Source: an uncultured virus (IMG/VR IMGVR_UViG_3300030118_005288) | Lineage: Duplodnaviria > Heunggongvirae > Uroviricota > Caudoviricetes | DNA: 64,000 nt | Reading direction: 5' to 3' (one strand) | Virus record (IMG/VR): IMGVR_UViG_3300030118_005288 | Location: 1-64,000 of that record | Part shown: positions 58,001 to 64,000 of the stretch, one piece after another | Numbering within the stretch: position 1 is the first letter of the stretch | How the letters are laid out: each line of letters begins with the position of its first letter | Notes under the pieces: model-generated | Databases searched by the model: none | What the model saw: only the letters and a program-made list of their open reading frames with translations | Told to the model about the DNA's origin: nothing | Made by a program: the position numbers and the translations under genes

Positions 58001-58138
58001 AATGAAAATAATAATATAAATAAAGTAACACTAACTAATATCAAAGAGGTTGATGGAGATAGTAAGACATACATATTTACACTCGATAGACACAAAACCT
58101 TCTTTGCAAACAGTGTGTTAGTTCACAATAAAGGATAA
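49052..58138 (+). CDS. Giant tail nozzle/stabilisation protein with Cys-rich repeats and C-terminal Hint domain
   Basis: N-terminal KMNKDLDERLVPNGEYRDALN; FGNGVES.RIRDDFN; Cys-rich region after FSFQGIG; CFVGDT...VLVHN at the end. Confidence 0.8.
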   Translation: MPEMKNSFQRGKMNKDLDERLVPNGEYRDALNVQVSTSDTSDVGSLQTVMGNTALTSVFPSDSVCVGSITDEKNDKIYWLVAGATTDVIAEYDYVSETVEPVCVDRHAFYGRRTLNFRRENLVTGLNVMDGFIFWTDNFSEPKKVNIQRCKLGSSGFNNHTLFMVKDVSIGAIPNNFTPALDINGVSIPIQEKHLTIIKKGPDAAPVLEMRDTTVGDWDGDGIVGGSELSAPVTNASSITFLDGDGEFVPNITINTASGTDFPPDSFLNIYKSNDRSIKVRVKINGPGGPVGYNVDILSGNKDIAGETDLIVELEQEEALFEFKFPRFAYRYKYEDGEYSPYSPFTQPAFLPGRFIYLPKEGYNLGMVNRLRRLAIKDFVHTRSMPEDVVAIDVLYKESNSPNVYSVKTIKRRGYNPDKWDEYNAVSEDLVVENGIQIGDGWAGRTKGFLPITTEMIHAVLPSNQLLRPWDNVPRKALAQEIVGNRLVYGNYLQNYNLSNNATGDSNIKVDLKVGIRSRSLGSISPEEVEAGPNRRSIKYSPSKSLKTLRTYQVGVVYIDKYGRETPVFSEDKRGRTATGAATSQASVYNKKENANKKNSLTVELKNDPPDWATHFKLFVKETSNEYYNLAMDRWYDAEDGNIWLSFPSAERNKVDEETFLILKKAHDANTFISAPARYKIIAISNEAPRFIKLSNISQGGIIDDGATLGLSAAGFPLEGGFFIYVEKSNFENVGWKESLVNQDISQVFMRVKSASGISEYYRLKQITFDASTGTYYKLESDRVFGPDMAHTSPDGTFLNRITNCELQLIKRIPEDKAEFEGRFFVKVLKDNILIESLNITPNSGLDYIAVASMQVQYINPLAAQATGGWDGFGTNKYKISMDKRNDDRWTRPGSSAPAGHGQDFWKYASDDTTTNNSNSLAISSGWFIDAVEGFRPWKGNYWGKNVGERSTGAIDRPSAWAVNFCWGFFSSYHNDFDDGEFDRRLHALGTNTYGTTGNNYLGSSGSKKMKSPNNVLATTPSADGGPIAPGVGIDPNSGIINLSYSGLNEDDGGLTATSGNWADVLTTHYFVDAAKHAADELFIGKLLTPGTIWRWKEDPDQVLYKTVAMTGLSTTSTPYTSAQWTNEGLDFDGNPGIVLFNYVSFADYLINNHTHRVEYCWGSGDKEDDKPDWVTRNIGNHTASGTCCGGCIPCGGGLAWTLVNTSCSITAGTGCGCNHTGTSGSNAWGLIPNYPEHYKFPNLVDDWAKSKNKRRRFRFKAETLSDPTIPLGGTGHNYLPTNNPTFAPHFDHTATAITIDPSTNAAFVDPAPGIRPDGMHTGYTEPTGNWTWNPGTGSTTETLIPQYKRWSSDNIAITPAPGSVTWEIVEPFTPGEGKFSSTNPAIWETEPKEDVGLDIYYEVGHKYPIYLNDRTIEQFVGAVHEDISKNSYVQCWDPAPPIGNSAGTISLNAGGNSDMRVYAAHGRFVQLADTLGNVLDANNPAHILPTTGAYLIFYRADGSTTEAHVGVGTYNNNGTWFELVGNSFNDDVGVHSKMIEVPWFNCYSFGNGVESDRIRDDFNQVTIDNGPKASTTLEEPYLEDRRKSGFIWSGIYNSKSGVNNLNQFIQAEAITKDANPVYGSIQKMHVRDNDLVAFCEDRVLKVLANKDALFNADGNTNLVSTNRVLGNIRPFVGDFGISQNPESFASDSYRSYFSDTSRGAIVRLSQDGLTAISNLGMKDWFADNLPSYNRIIGSFDDNKNEYNITLTKVNKSGYITPSYGYMPKTLSFNEPANGWVSFKSFIKESGLSLNNSYYTYFEGNLYQHHDNEIRNNFYNVQYESSVDVLFNQAPGVIKSFKTLNYEGTQSRVTPDLNNNPDYYDNYLKQGWYVNEMISDVQELGVMEFWDKEDKWFSQIKGVATEWLNDGTAGNIDPREFSFQGIGNAFDVECADCPDVVSYDCINQPAGSVSDCDNRTLLPLPPGNYNPGNYTVHPGHFRDEDYWFLPGNVNKKRSDYKFIAGLPGTNNATYNSLTPGSNPDWVDPNDQSQGWYQKYDDIRLYSYDSTPVLLFQCDTVAEMINWVATNYGSFFSSPNATNFPAPSPGMAYQNFWGTWYVAWHNTSFVPAGSNANRRNSLIYTSPCQRVFSPGGARCTEIQGPGGAYATMQQCIEGGCGQPEESYNCDPQAGCVDPGDGTGQFSTYCECVESRCCPESQAYFFECQNINPPSNTAIVFGCMDDGITTDPWITQDRPAGWVGPASNYYAGAQADDCSCIYQTVSTWDCINSSCVEVFNGTGQYPSLAVCQQNCAPPCAGPFVPTPPALTHIISNRPGGCNLGDYFNTGAAELGITNNSINPTNWFVQVFDSNNNLIHTSANVSGVTSIIVNNLAPGIYTYKIIDIDTNCDYDYTFEILCEDPPPPPPVTYDCVLVNGIHTCVDPGTGNGQYTGSSALTDCQTDPNSPCNPNYQTGGCTDPCACNWDPNANYDDGSCIYDCDTGGLTLFDASVGYQNQLNAGVYTGSEITIITNALNGLVSASNSTGGPTTCYDCGGPGVNLPNEPYFVNNESMMESFVRTYGIDTDTRDYKFYRSQTYLNPSIRTYMNLRISHIDLNGWYQQPQNFFTWRDYIDTAIATGVITNVTDLIDVGCTTGTCQTAPHQFDSSTGYRIDLDAVRYVIHTSMEAAGVETCNGIISTYNQSGHGQYDDKNCDRTNVTLCDPCVVPATNPCGPPPPQTTYPCIPGDPNSCMPGYTPLGPNVYTNLQDCITACHRIGVGEEPLSYDCINGTCVDPGTGNGQYATLAACQAVCNISPVGQNYACEGPAGSQNCIPTSSPVGTYGSTVVYGDQATCLANCGTVSSTDIAWGGCCHPSSMEYSQLGPNGLPCHADSLCLCYYDPFHCTLPNCFVGDTKVLLADGSSKNIENVVIGDIVSSYDQENKELSDAVVVATRSQVSKNMVEFTFSNGVTTKNTSDHPYYVEQKGWVSYADDLKVGDVCYTNENNNINKVTLTNIKEVDGDSKTYIFTLDRHKTFFANSVLVHNKG
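57719..58129 (+). other. Hint (intein-like) autoprocessing domain, 137 aa
   Basis: Block A CFVGDTKV, block B TSDHPYY, terminal FFANSVLVHN followed by KG-stop. Confidence 0.88.
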
Positions 58139-58143
58139 TAGTT

Positions 58144-60801
58144 ATGATATATTTTTTTGGAAAATTACACCCTTATTTTTTAAGCCCTAAGCATTATAGC
58201 GGCCCAGCGCCTGCAAACGATGCTGGCGAAGGTGAAAACGAACAACCTGCTATTGAACCTGCACTACCAAGTGAAGATCCTGCTGAAGACCCAGGTCCAG
58301 CTGAACCAGTTGAAGAGCCTGTTGTTGATGATGATGATGATGATGATGGTGAAACGCCTAATGTTGATGATAACGACACGCCAAACCCTTATACTCCTCC
58401 TAAAATAAAAAAACCAAAGAAAAAGAAAAAAAAGAAACAACCTCCAAGACGTCCAAAACCTAAAAATTGTCCAGAGTGTATATGGGACGGTAAACAATGG
58501 GTAAGGCCTAAAACTGTAAAGCAAGACATCATAGAAACTAGTGGTGGTGAAAGAGTAGTATCTCCAATACAAAGTAAAGAAAAATTATACAAAACAATAT
58601 CTTGTCCTTGTGGTTCTTATGCTATGTATGACTTTAATGGTGATATAGCTTGTGAAAGAGATGCGTTTGGACTAAAACAGTATATAGCACCTACTCACAT
58701 AGCTAACCATACGATAGGTGGACTTTCACCTACAATTGGTGATAAATGGGTTTGCACAGGTGATTTTCACTGTCATCAAGATGATTTTAAGTTTGATACT
58801 TTTCACGTTGTTTTTGTAGAAGAAAATATTTCTGATGTTACAAGTTCTTTAGTTGATTCTTTAGTTTCTTTTTCTAATTGTTATATACCAAAAACATCTT
58901 TAAAAAATCTTCAAAATAGATTAAGTAGTAACACGCAGTATATAGATGATTTTTTATTTAGTGAAAAAAATCCATTAGCATCTAAAGATGACGAACAACG
59001 AGGGTTTGACGATTTACCAGAAGGAATAGATTTTCTTAGAGACTTGCTTAAGTTTGATAAAAAAGTAAACGACGCACCAGTTTTTCCTACTTTTGCAAGA
59101 GCTTTACTTTGGGATAATATATATGGTCAAGGTTCTAACGTTTACACAGAATATATTAAAGACGGTATTGTAAATTATCTTCCTGGTTATCAAGACGTTA
59201 GCAATAAATATATATATAAAGTTTTTGTAAATAACAAAGATGTTTTAAAACTAAACGAATCAACAGCGTTCAACTATGTTTCTTACGAATCTCAAAAAGG
59301 TAGATTAATTTTAGATGCAATTGGTGGAGAGATAGTTATAAAACTTAACTCTATGGGTAAGGTTATAGTAGACATATCTATTGAAGATAGTTCTGGTTGT
59401 AATGTTTTAGACAAAAAAGCTAAGAATATAAGTTTTAACGGTGAATACATATATAGATATAATATAGGTTCTTTACCCAAAAACAAAGCTAAAGAAATTT
59501 ATAGTATAAAAATAACACCTAGTGCTGACACTTCGTTTTTTGCTGGTACAGAGTATTACAAGGGCAGCGTTTTAAACTACAAGGTTTATCAATATAAAGA
59601 CCCAGTAGTTACTTTTGGAATACCAAGTGGCTCAATAACAAACGCTACTATAACCTCAACTAGTACTACTGTAACGGGTAAAACTAATAGATACTTTGAA
59701 GATCTACCTAATTATGCTCCGGTAGTACATGAAACAACAATAACTAGAAGTTCTGGTAGTGATAAATATTATAAAAAACCAAACATTATTTTTGAAAACA
59801 TTATATCCAATACAGCTGTTATTAAAAAGCAAATTGTAGGTAGAAAAGTTAGCAACGAACTTGGTGAATGTTTAAGTGAGTTTATTGCTATTACAGCTCC
59901 ATCTACAGACGGTTCAACAACATTTACAAACAGTGATATGGAGCCAGGTATGAGAGTTGAAGGTAAGCATACAGTAACTAAAACAATAACAAAAATTATT
60001 GATATTGAAGAGCATTTAAAAGAACCTTGCGATCATTGTGATAGAGATTTAGATATACTAACAAATAAAATTGAATTAGAAGATACTTATGATTTATATG
60101 TAGGCATGCTTGTTGAAGGTGTCGATACAAAAGGAGTAGAGTTTAATACAGAGATATTGAGTATAGATTCTAATAAATGTATTGAGCTAACAACTCAACA
60201 TCTTTTTGATTATTATTCTGATTTAACGTTTACTTATGAAGATGGTGGTGATATAATTGAAGTAAAAAATGATAATACTATAGTGTTAAACTCTTGTATA
60301 AAACTACCTAAAACAACAGTTCTTGACGTTTACAAGGCGTATAAACCTAAAATTAACGCTTCAATGCATGTTGATAAAAGTGGTGATACTACCGTTAAAA
60401 TAACAACGACTATTAATGATTTACACTTTAACAGTGATGATGTTACTTTTTCTTTTGATGTCGGTGATATAATAACCACCAAACCAAACGCGCAAGATCA
60501 ATATGTAACCGCTACTAAAGACGACACGACCGGTGCCAAAGGATTAACTTGTCTTATAGACTTTGTAAGAAACGATACTGATTATAATAAAGATAGCAAA
60601 GTTTTAACTATAACAAAAGAACCTAAAAGAGGTTCAATTGAAGGAACAGGACCGGTTGACGGTGAAGGTACATTTACCAACACAAGAATTAAACTTTACA
60701 CGCCAAACAAAGGTTTTGTTGGAACTGATACAATAAAATTTACACTAGGAGATGGCGCAAACACTAGTGATGAAAAAACAATATATATAACAGTAAAATA
60801 A
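58144..60801 (+). CDS. Tail-associated protein with C-terminal Ig/cadherin-like domain
   Basis: Acidic/Pro-rich then poly-Lys N-terminus; C-terminal PNAQD...YTPNKGFVGTDTIKFTLGDG. Confidence 0.65.
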   Translation: MIYFFGKLHPYFLSPKHYSGPAPANDAGEGENEQPAIEPALPSEDPAEDPGPAEPVEEPVVDDDDDDDGETPNVDDNDTPNPYTPPKIKKPKKKKKKKQPPRRPKPKNCPECIWDGKQWVRPKTVKQDIIETSGGERVVSPIQSKEKLYKTISCPCGSYAMYDFNGDIACERDAFGLKQYIAPTHIANHTIGGLSPTIGDKWVCTGDFHCHQDDFKFDTFHVVFVEENISDVTSSLVDSLVSFSNCYIPKTSLKNLQNRLSSNTQYIDDFLFSEKNPLASKDDEQRGFDDLPEGIDFLRDLLKFDKKVNDAPVFPTFARALLWDNIYGQGSNVYTEYIKDGIVNYLPGYQDVSNKYIYKVFVNNKDVLKLNESTAFNYVSYESQKGRLILDAIGGEIVIKLNSMGKVIVDISIEDSSGCNVLDKKAKNISFNGEYIYRYNIGSLPKNKAKEIYSIKITPSADTSFFAGTEYYKGSVLNYKVYQYKDPVVTFGIPSGSITNATITSTSTTVTGKTNRYFEDLPNYAPVVHETTITRSSGSDKYYKKPNIIFENIISNTAVIKKQIVGRKVSNELGECLSEFIAITAPSTDGSTTFTNSDMEPGMRVEGKHTVTKTITKIIDIEEHLKEPCDHCDRDLDILTNKIELEDTYDLYVGMLVEGVDTKGVEFNTEILSIDSNKCIELTTQHLFDYYSDLTFTYEDGGDIIEVKNDNTIVLNSCIKLPKTTVLDVYKAYKPKINASMHVDKSGDTTVKITTTINDLHFNSDDVTFSFDVGDIITTKPNAQDQYVTATKDDTTGAKGLTCLIDFVRNDTDYNKDSKVLTITKEPKRGSIEGTGPVDGEGTFTNTRIKLYTPNKGFVGTDTIKFTLGDGANTSDEKTIYITVK

Positions 60802-60802
60802 T

Positions 60803-61210
60803 ATGGCTTTAATAAACTTAGTTTTTAATCATGAATTAAATGTATCTGTACAAGTAGGTGACGTTGTGTATTATATAGATAACACGCCTGTAGGTCAACC
60901 TAGAACATGGGCGCAAACTACAACACCTCATATTTCTGGTGATAGAGAAGATGTTATTATGATAGGTCCTGTTACCGCTATTATACCGTGGAACGGCACG
61001 GTGTCTATAATAGAAGCTGATTTTGATGATAATCTAGCAGCTCAATATGGACCACCAACATCAAATAGTTTTATTATGTTTAGTAAAGATAATAAAGCAA
61101 ATTTAAGTAGTTTGTTAGGTTATTATTCATTAGTTAAACTAAGAAACAACGCTACAGATTATTCTGAAATATTTTCTATAGCTAGTGATTTTGTTGAAAG
61201 TAGTAAATAA
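60803..61210 (+). CDS. Putative tail structural protein
   Basis: NVSVQVGD and LLGYY...SEIFS...ESSK motifs. Confidence 0.6.
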   Translation: MALINLVFNHELNVSVQVGDVVYYIDNTPVGQPRTWAQTTTPHISGDREDVIMIGPVTAIIPWNGTVSIIEADFDDNLAAQYGPPTSNSFIMFSKDNKANLSSLLGYYSLVKLRNNATDYSEIFSIASDFVESSK

Positions 61211-61230
61211 ACTGTAAAAAATGTAATTAT
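61203..61230 (+). promoter_or_regulatory. Class II phage promoter candidate
   Basis: GTAAA-N14-TGTAATTAT upstream of ATG 61251. Confidence 0.65.
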
Positions 61231-61250
61231 AAATAGATAAATATTATATT

Positions 61251-61904
61251 ATGGCAAGAAATTATAAAAATAGTCCTTTAAAACTTATAAGTGGAGCTAT
61301 AGATGCTTTGGCTGCTTACGACTGGGGAGGTAAAAGAAAAAAGGCAATAGCAGAAGCTCAAGATGAGTATGATACTCAAAAAAGAGCTTTTATGAATTTA
61401 GACACTAGCAACCTATATGGTGACGTATCTAATCCCTATGCTAATATGCAAAACACTATGGAGGACTTAACAGTTAATCAACAGCAAGCTCAGTTTGAAG
61501 CACAGCAAGGAGCACAACAAAGATCAAACATAATGAACCAAATGGCGGGTGCAGCTGGTAGTAGTGGTATAGCTGGTTTAGCTCAAGCTATGGCAAATCA
61601 AGGTCAGTTAGCAACACAAAGAGCTAGCGCTTCTATAGGACAGCAAGAAGCTGCTAATCAAAGAGCTGCTGCAGAACAAGCTGGTCAAATACAAAAACTA
61701 GAAAGACAAGGTGAGTTTAAAGCAGATATGACAAGGCGTGCTGGCGCTGAACAATCAAGAGCTTTAGAGAAAAACAAAACTAATACATTATTAGCTATGG
61801 CTACTAATAGGTTAGGTACCGCTAAAACAGCACACCAAGAAGCACAGCAACAAATGTATCAAGGTATTGGTAGCATGTTTAGCTTAACAGACGATTTAAA
61901 GTAA
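61251..61904 (+). CDS. Putative ejection (internal virion) protein
   Basis: Gln/Ala/Gly-rich helical protein after the tail genes; starts with an SPLK motif. Confidence 0.65.
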   Translation: MARNYKNSPLKLISGAIDALAAYDWGGKRKKAIAEAQDEYDTQKRAFMNLDTSNLYGDVSNPYANMQNTMEDLTVNQQQAQFEAQQGAQQRSNIMNQMAGAAGSSGIAGLAQAMANQGQLATQRASASIGQQEAANQRAAAEQAGQIQKLERQGEFKADMTRRAGAEQSRALEKNKTNTLLAMATNRLGTAKTAHQEAQQQMYQGIGSMFSLTDDLK

Positions 61905-61914
61905 CAATATTATT

Positions 61915-62916
61915 ATGGCAAACGGAAACGATAAAAATAAAGAAGCTGGGTTAATCATGAAACAAATGTTTTCTGAGGTGATAGCAAAGTCACTTAAAAA
62001 CCTAGACGGTTATACAGATATACATTTTAACGACCCTAGTTATATACCAGAATCTTTAAATCCTGTTATCAAAAACTTTGTTTTAACTAAAAGAAAAGAT
62101 TATGATTTTTTAAGAAATGAGTTAGAAAAATATGACAAAGCTAGCGATCAATACATGTCAATAAACAACGAAATAGAACACGTGCAGCGATCATTAATGA
62201 ATTTAAGAAGTGATGTAGATTTATATAAAAAAGCCAAAATGGAATTTAAAAAAATTGTTCCTGGTATGAATAAAGGTACTCAAGACGCTAATCATTTTTT
62301 AAACTCAGCTATATTTGGTGAGTTATCAAAAGCTGAAATAGATGTAAATGGTAATTTATTATTTGCTGTTGGCACACCTAATTTTCAAGATCCAAATGGT
62401 GAGCCAGAAATTAAAAAACACAAAATGAAAGACATGTCTAATCCAATGATGGGTGCAGCGCCTATTATTACAGAACCTTATGGTACTAAAAATATGGTGT
62501 GGAAGTTAGCAGAAGACACGCATAAGAAAAAAGAGCTAGGCGCAGGTTTTGACAAGGAATGGACTAGAAAAGTTGTTGCTAACAATATAAATGAGTTTGG
62601 ACCTAATAACACTATAGGTACGGCATTTACAGATTTAGCTGGTGATGGTAGAACAAAATCTTTTGCAGATCAATACGAAGAAGGTTTAAAACCAAAGTTT
62701 TATACACACCCTATAACAGGTGAAAAACTACCAACTGATTCAACTTGGATGAAAGACCCTGCTAACACAGAAGTTTTAGGTATGTTATTAACTGATTACA
62801 TAGTTGATGTTATGGCAGACATATATGGTGTTATAGACCCTGAAACAGGCAAGATAGATAGAACTCCAGGAGATAAAGCTAGAGAACTAATTGCAAAATA
62901 CTCTAAAAGAAATTAA
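61915..62916 (+). CDS. Putative internal virion protein
   Basis: ORF track; gene position. Confidence 0.55.
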   Translation: MANGNDKNKEAGLIMKQMFSEVIAKSLKNLDGYTDIHFNDPSYIPESLNPVIKNFVLTKRKDYDFLRNELEKYDKASDQYMSINNEIEHVQRSLMNLRSDVDLYKKAKMEFKKIVPGMNKGTQDANHFLNSAIFGELSKAEIDVNGNLLFAVGTPNFQDPNGEPEIKKHKMKDMSNPMMGAAPIITEPYGTKNMVWKLAEDTHKKKELGAGFDKEWTRKVVANNINEFGPNNTIGTAFTDLAGDGRTKSFADQYEEGLKPKFYTHPITGEKLPTDSTWMKDPANTEVLGMLLTDYIVDVMADIYGVIDPETGKIDRTPGDKARELIAKYSKRN

Positions 62917-62921
62917 ATAAT

Positions 62922-64000
62922 ATGACAAAAGACGAAGTAATAGCTAACGCAAAAGCTCAAGGTGCGTCAGAAGAAGAATTACAAATATTAAGAAACACTC
63001 CAGACAGCGAGTACGGTAACGTTCCTTCTGTGGGAAAGACGAGCGACATCACGTCAACAGGCGCGAATGTGATGTCGAGCAGTACAGCGTCAGAGAGTAC
63101 GGGTTTAAATTTGGAACCTGGTTCTTCGGATTCTATAAAAGACACGGTAGATAAATCACCACCACCAACATCTGAAGGGGAATTTAATAAAATTAACTAT
63201 GGAGGTGATATTTATGGTTCAAGTCCTTATCAAGTTATAGATGAAAATGGTAATATAAAAAACGTATCGGCAGAAGAGTATTTAAAACTATATACAGACG
63301 AACAAAGACAATTAGATAATTTTTTAGATGCTAGAGATAGAGTTAAAAACCAATATTATGTAGATGCAAGTTATTTTGAAGGTAAGGTAGATGAAACAAA
63401 ATTAAGAGAGCAATTAAATGTAAAACTAAAACCTTTAAATGTTAAAATTAAAGAAGTAGCCCCTGGTTTTGACGCCTTAGAGTTTACTTATAAAGACGGA
63501 ACGGTAGAAGAAATTTCTTTTGATGATTGGGGTATTATTAATTACGGAGCAGGTAAAGGTGGAAATGTAAATAGAGGTCAAGGCGCATTGACTAATCAAG
63601 AAAGAGCTGATTTTATAAATGATATTATTGACTCTCAAATAGATTACTTATCAAATCCTGATAGCCCGGGTTATAGTGAAAACTTTGATTGGGGTATTTA
63701 TTCTGGTGCTATGAACATGATGGGTGTTGGTGCTGGTAACGCAAAACATAGAACTCTGATAAATGAAAACGCAATGATTCAGCTTCAATATGATTATGAA
63801 GATATGATGACTGAAGCGGTTGTTAACGGTAATTGGAAAGCAATGCTCGAGTCGGGTGATTTAACTTCTGATGAATTGATGAGAGTAAAAAATGCAAAGT
63901 ACATAGATTTAATGGGTATGGTAATGGAGAGCGATAGATATAAAACCGCTATGGCTCAAATAGAAGTTACTTTAAACGAGCTTAAAGGAAGCTTATTACA
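62922..64000 (+). CDS. N-terminal part of a large virion protein; runs off the window
   Basis: ATG at 62922 (MTKDEVIANAKAQG...); appears open to the window end, which would explain its absence from the ORF track. Confidence 0.65.
   Translation, partial: MTKDEVIANAKAQGASEEELQILRNTPDSEYGNVPSVGKTSDITSTGANVMSSSTASESTGLNLEPGSSDSIKDTVDKSPPPTSEGEFNKINYGGDIYGSSPYQVIDENGNIKNVSAEEYLKLYTDEQRQLDNFLDARDRVKNQYYVDASYFEGKVDETKLREQLNVKLKPLNVKIKEVAPGFDALEFTYKDGTVEEISFDDWGIINYGAGKGGNVNRGQGALTNQERADFINDIIDSQIDYLSNPDSPGYSENFDWGIYSGAMNMMGVGAGNAKHRTLINENAMIQLQYDYEDMMTEAVVNGNWKAMLESGDLTSDELMRVKNAKYIDLMGMVMESDRYKTAMAQIEVTLNELKGSLL

Noticed and set aside
645..63145. Many short antisense or off-frame ORFs nested in long genes (e.g. 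645, 9137, 12460, 16966, 32859, 42229, 49378, 55211, 62957)
   Set aside because: They are shadow ORFs of well-supported genes and have no motifs or initiation context.
1..64000. Stop-codon recoding as in some crAss-like phages
   Set aside because: Genes are intact and tightly packed in the standard code. TAG and TGA act as true stops (e.g. 8693, 10530, 49048, 38484).
1..64000. Retron, DGR, integrase or self-splicing intron
   Set aside because: No reverse transcriptase or recombinase motifs, and no interrupted core genes are visible.

Overview
This is a low-GC, gene-dense, near-complete genome of a lytic podovirus-type phage of Bacteroidota, probably marine Flavobacteriia. It resembles the Cellulophaga phi38:1-like, GroEL-encoding group and has a crAss-like structural gene order. 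Both window ends fall inside very large virion-protein ORFs. Plus arm 1-11.5 kb: membrane/secreted proteins, basic proteins, tail fibre, M15 endolysin, PAP2-family enzyme. Minus arm 11.5-27.6 kb: class II RNR, a dCMP-type thymidylate-synthase-fold enzyme with MazG-like neighbours, primase-helicase, SSB, RecE-like exonuclease, ERF, sigma factor, HTH protein, ligase and small early genes. No DNA polymerase is visible. Plus arm 27.9-64 kb: proteins sharing an N-terminal M[AG][FY]K[LM][KR]...SPxK leader, GroEL/GroES, holin, terminase, portal, scaffold, capsid, tail (a 3028-aa protein ending in a Hint domain) and ejection proteins. Most notable unannotated signals: (1) five GC-rich structured minus-strand RNA elements in the early region, including a ~217-nt multibranch RNA and an anticodon-less mini-tRNA; (2) two phage-specific promoter classes (8 and 4 copies); (3) a 47-bp dyad present over the HTH gene start and at the divergence point; (4) a candidate capsid-cargo leader on about 9 otherwise unrelated proteins; (5) a T9SS-type cargo protein and two outer-membrane barrels; (6) a probable cytosine-modification pathway. 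All calls come from reading motifs by eye; no searches or folding programs were run.
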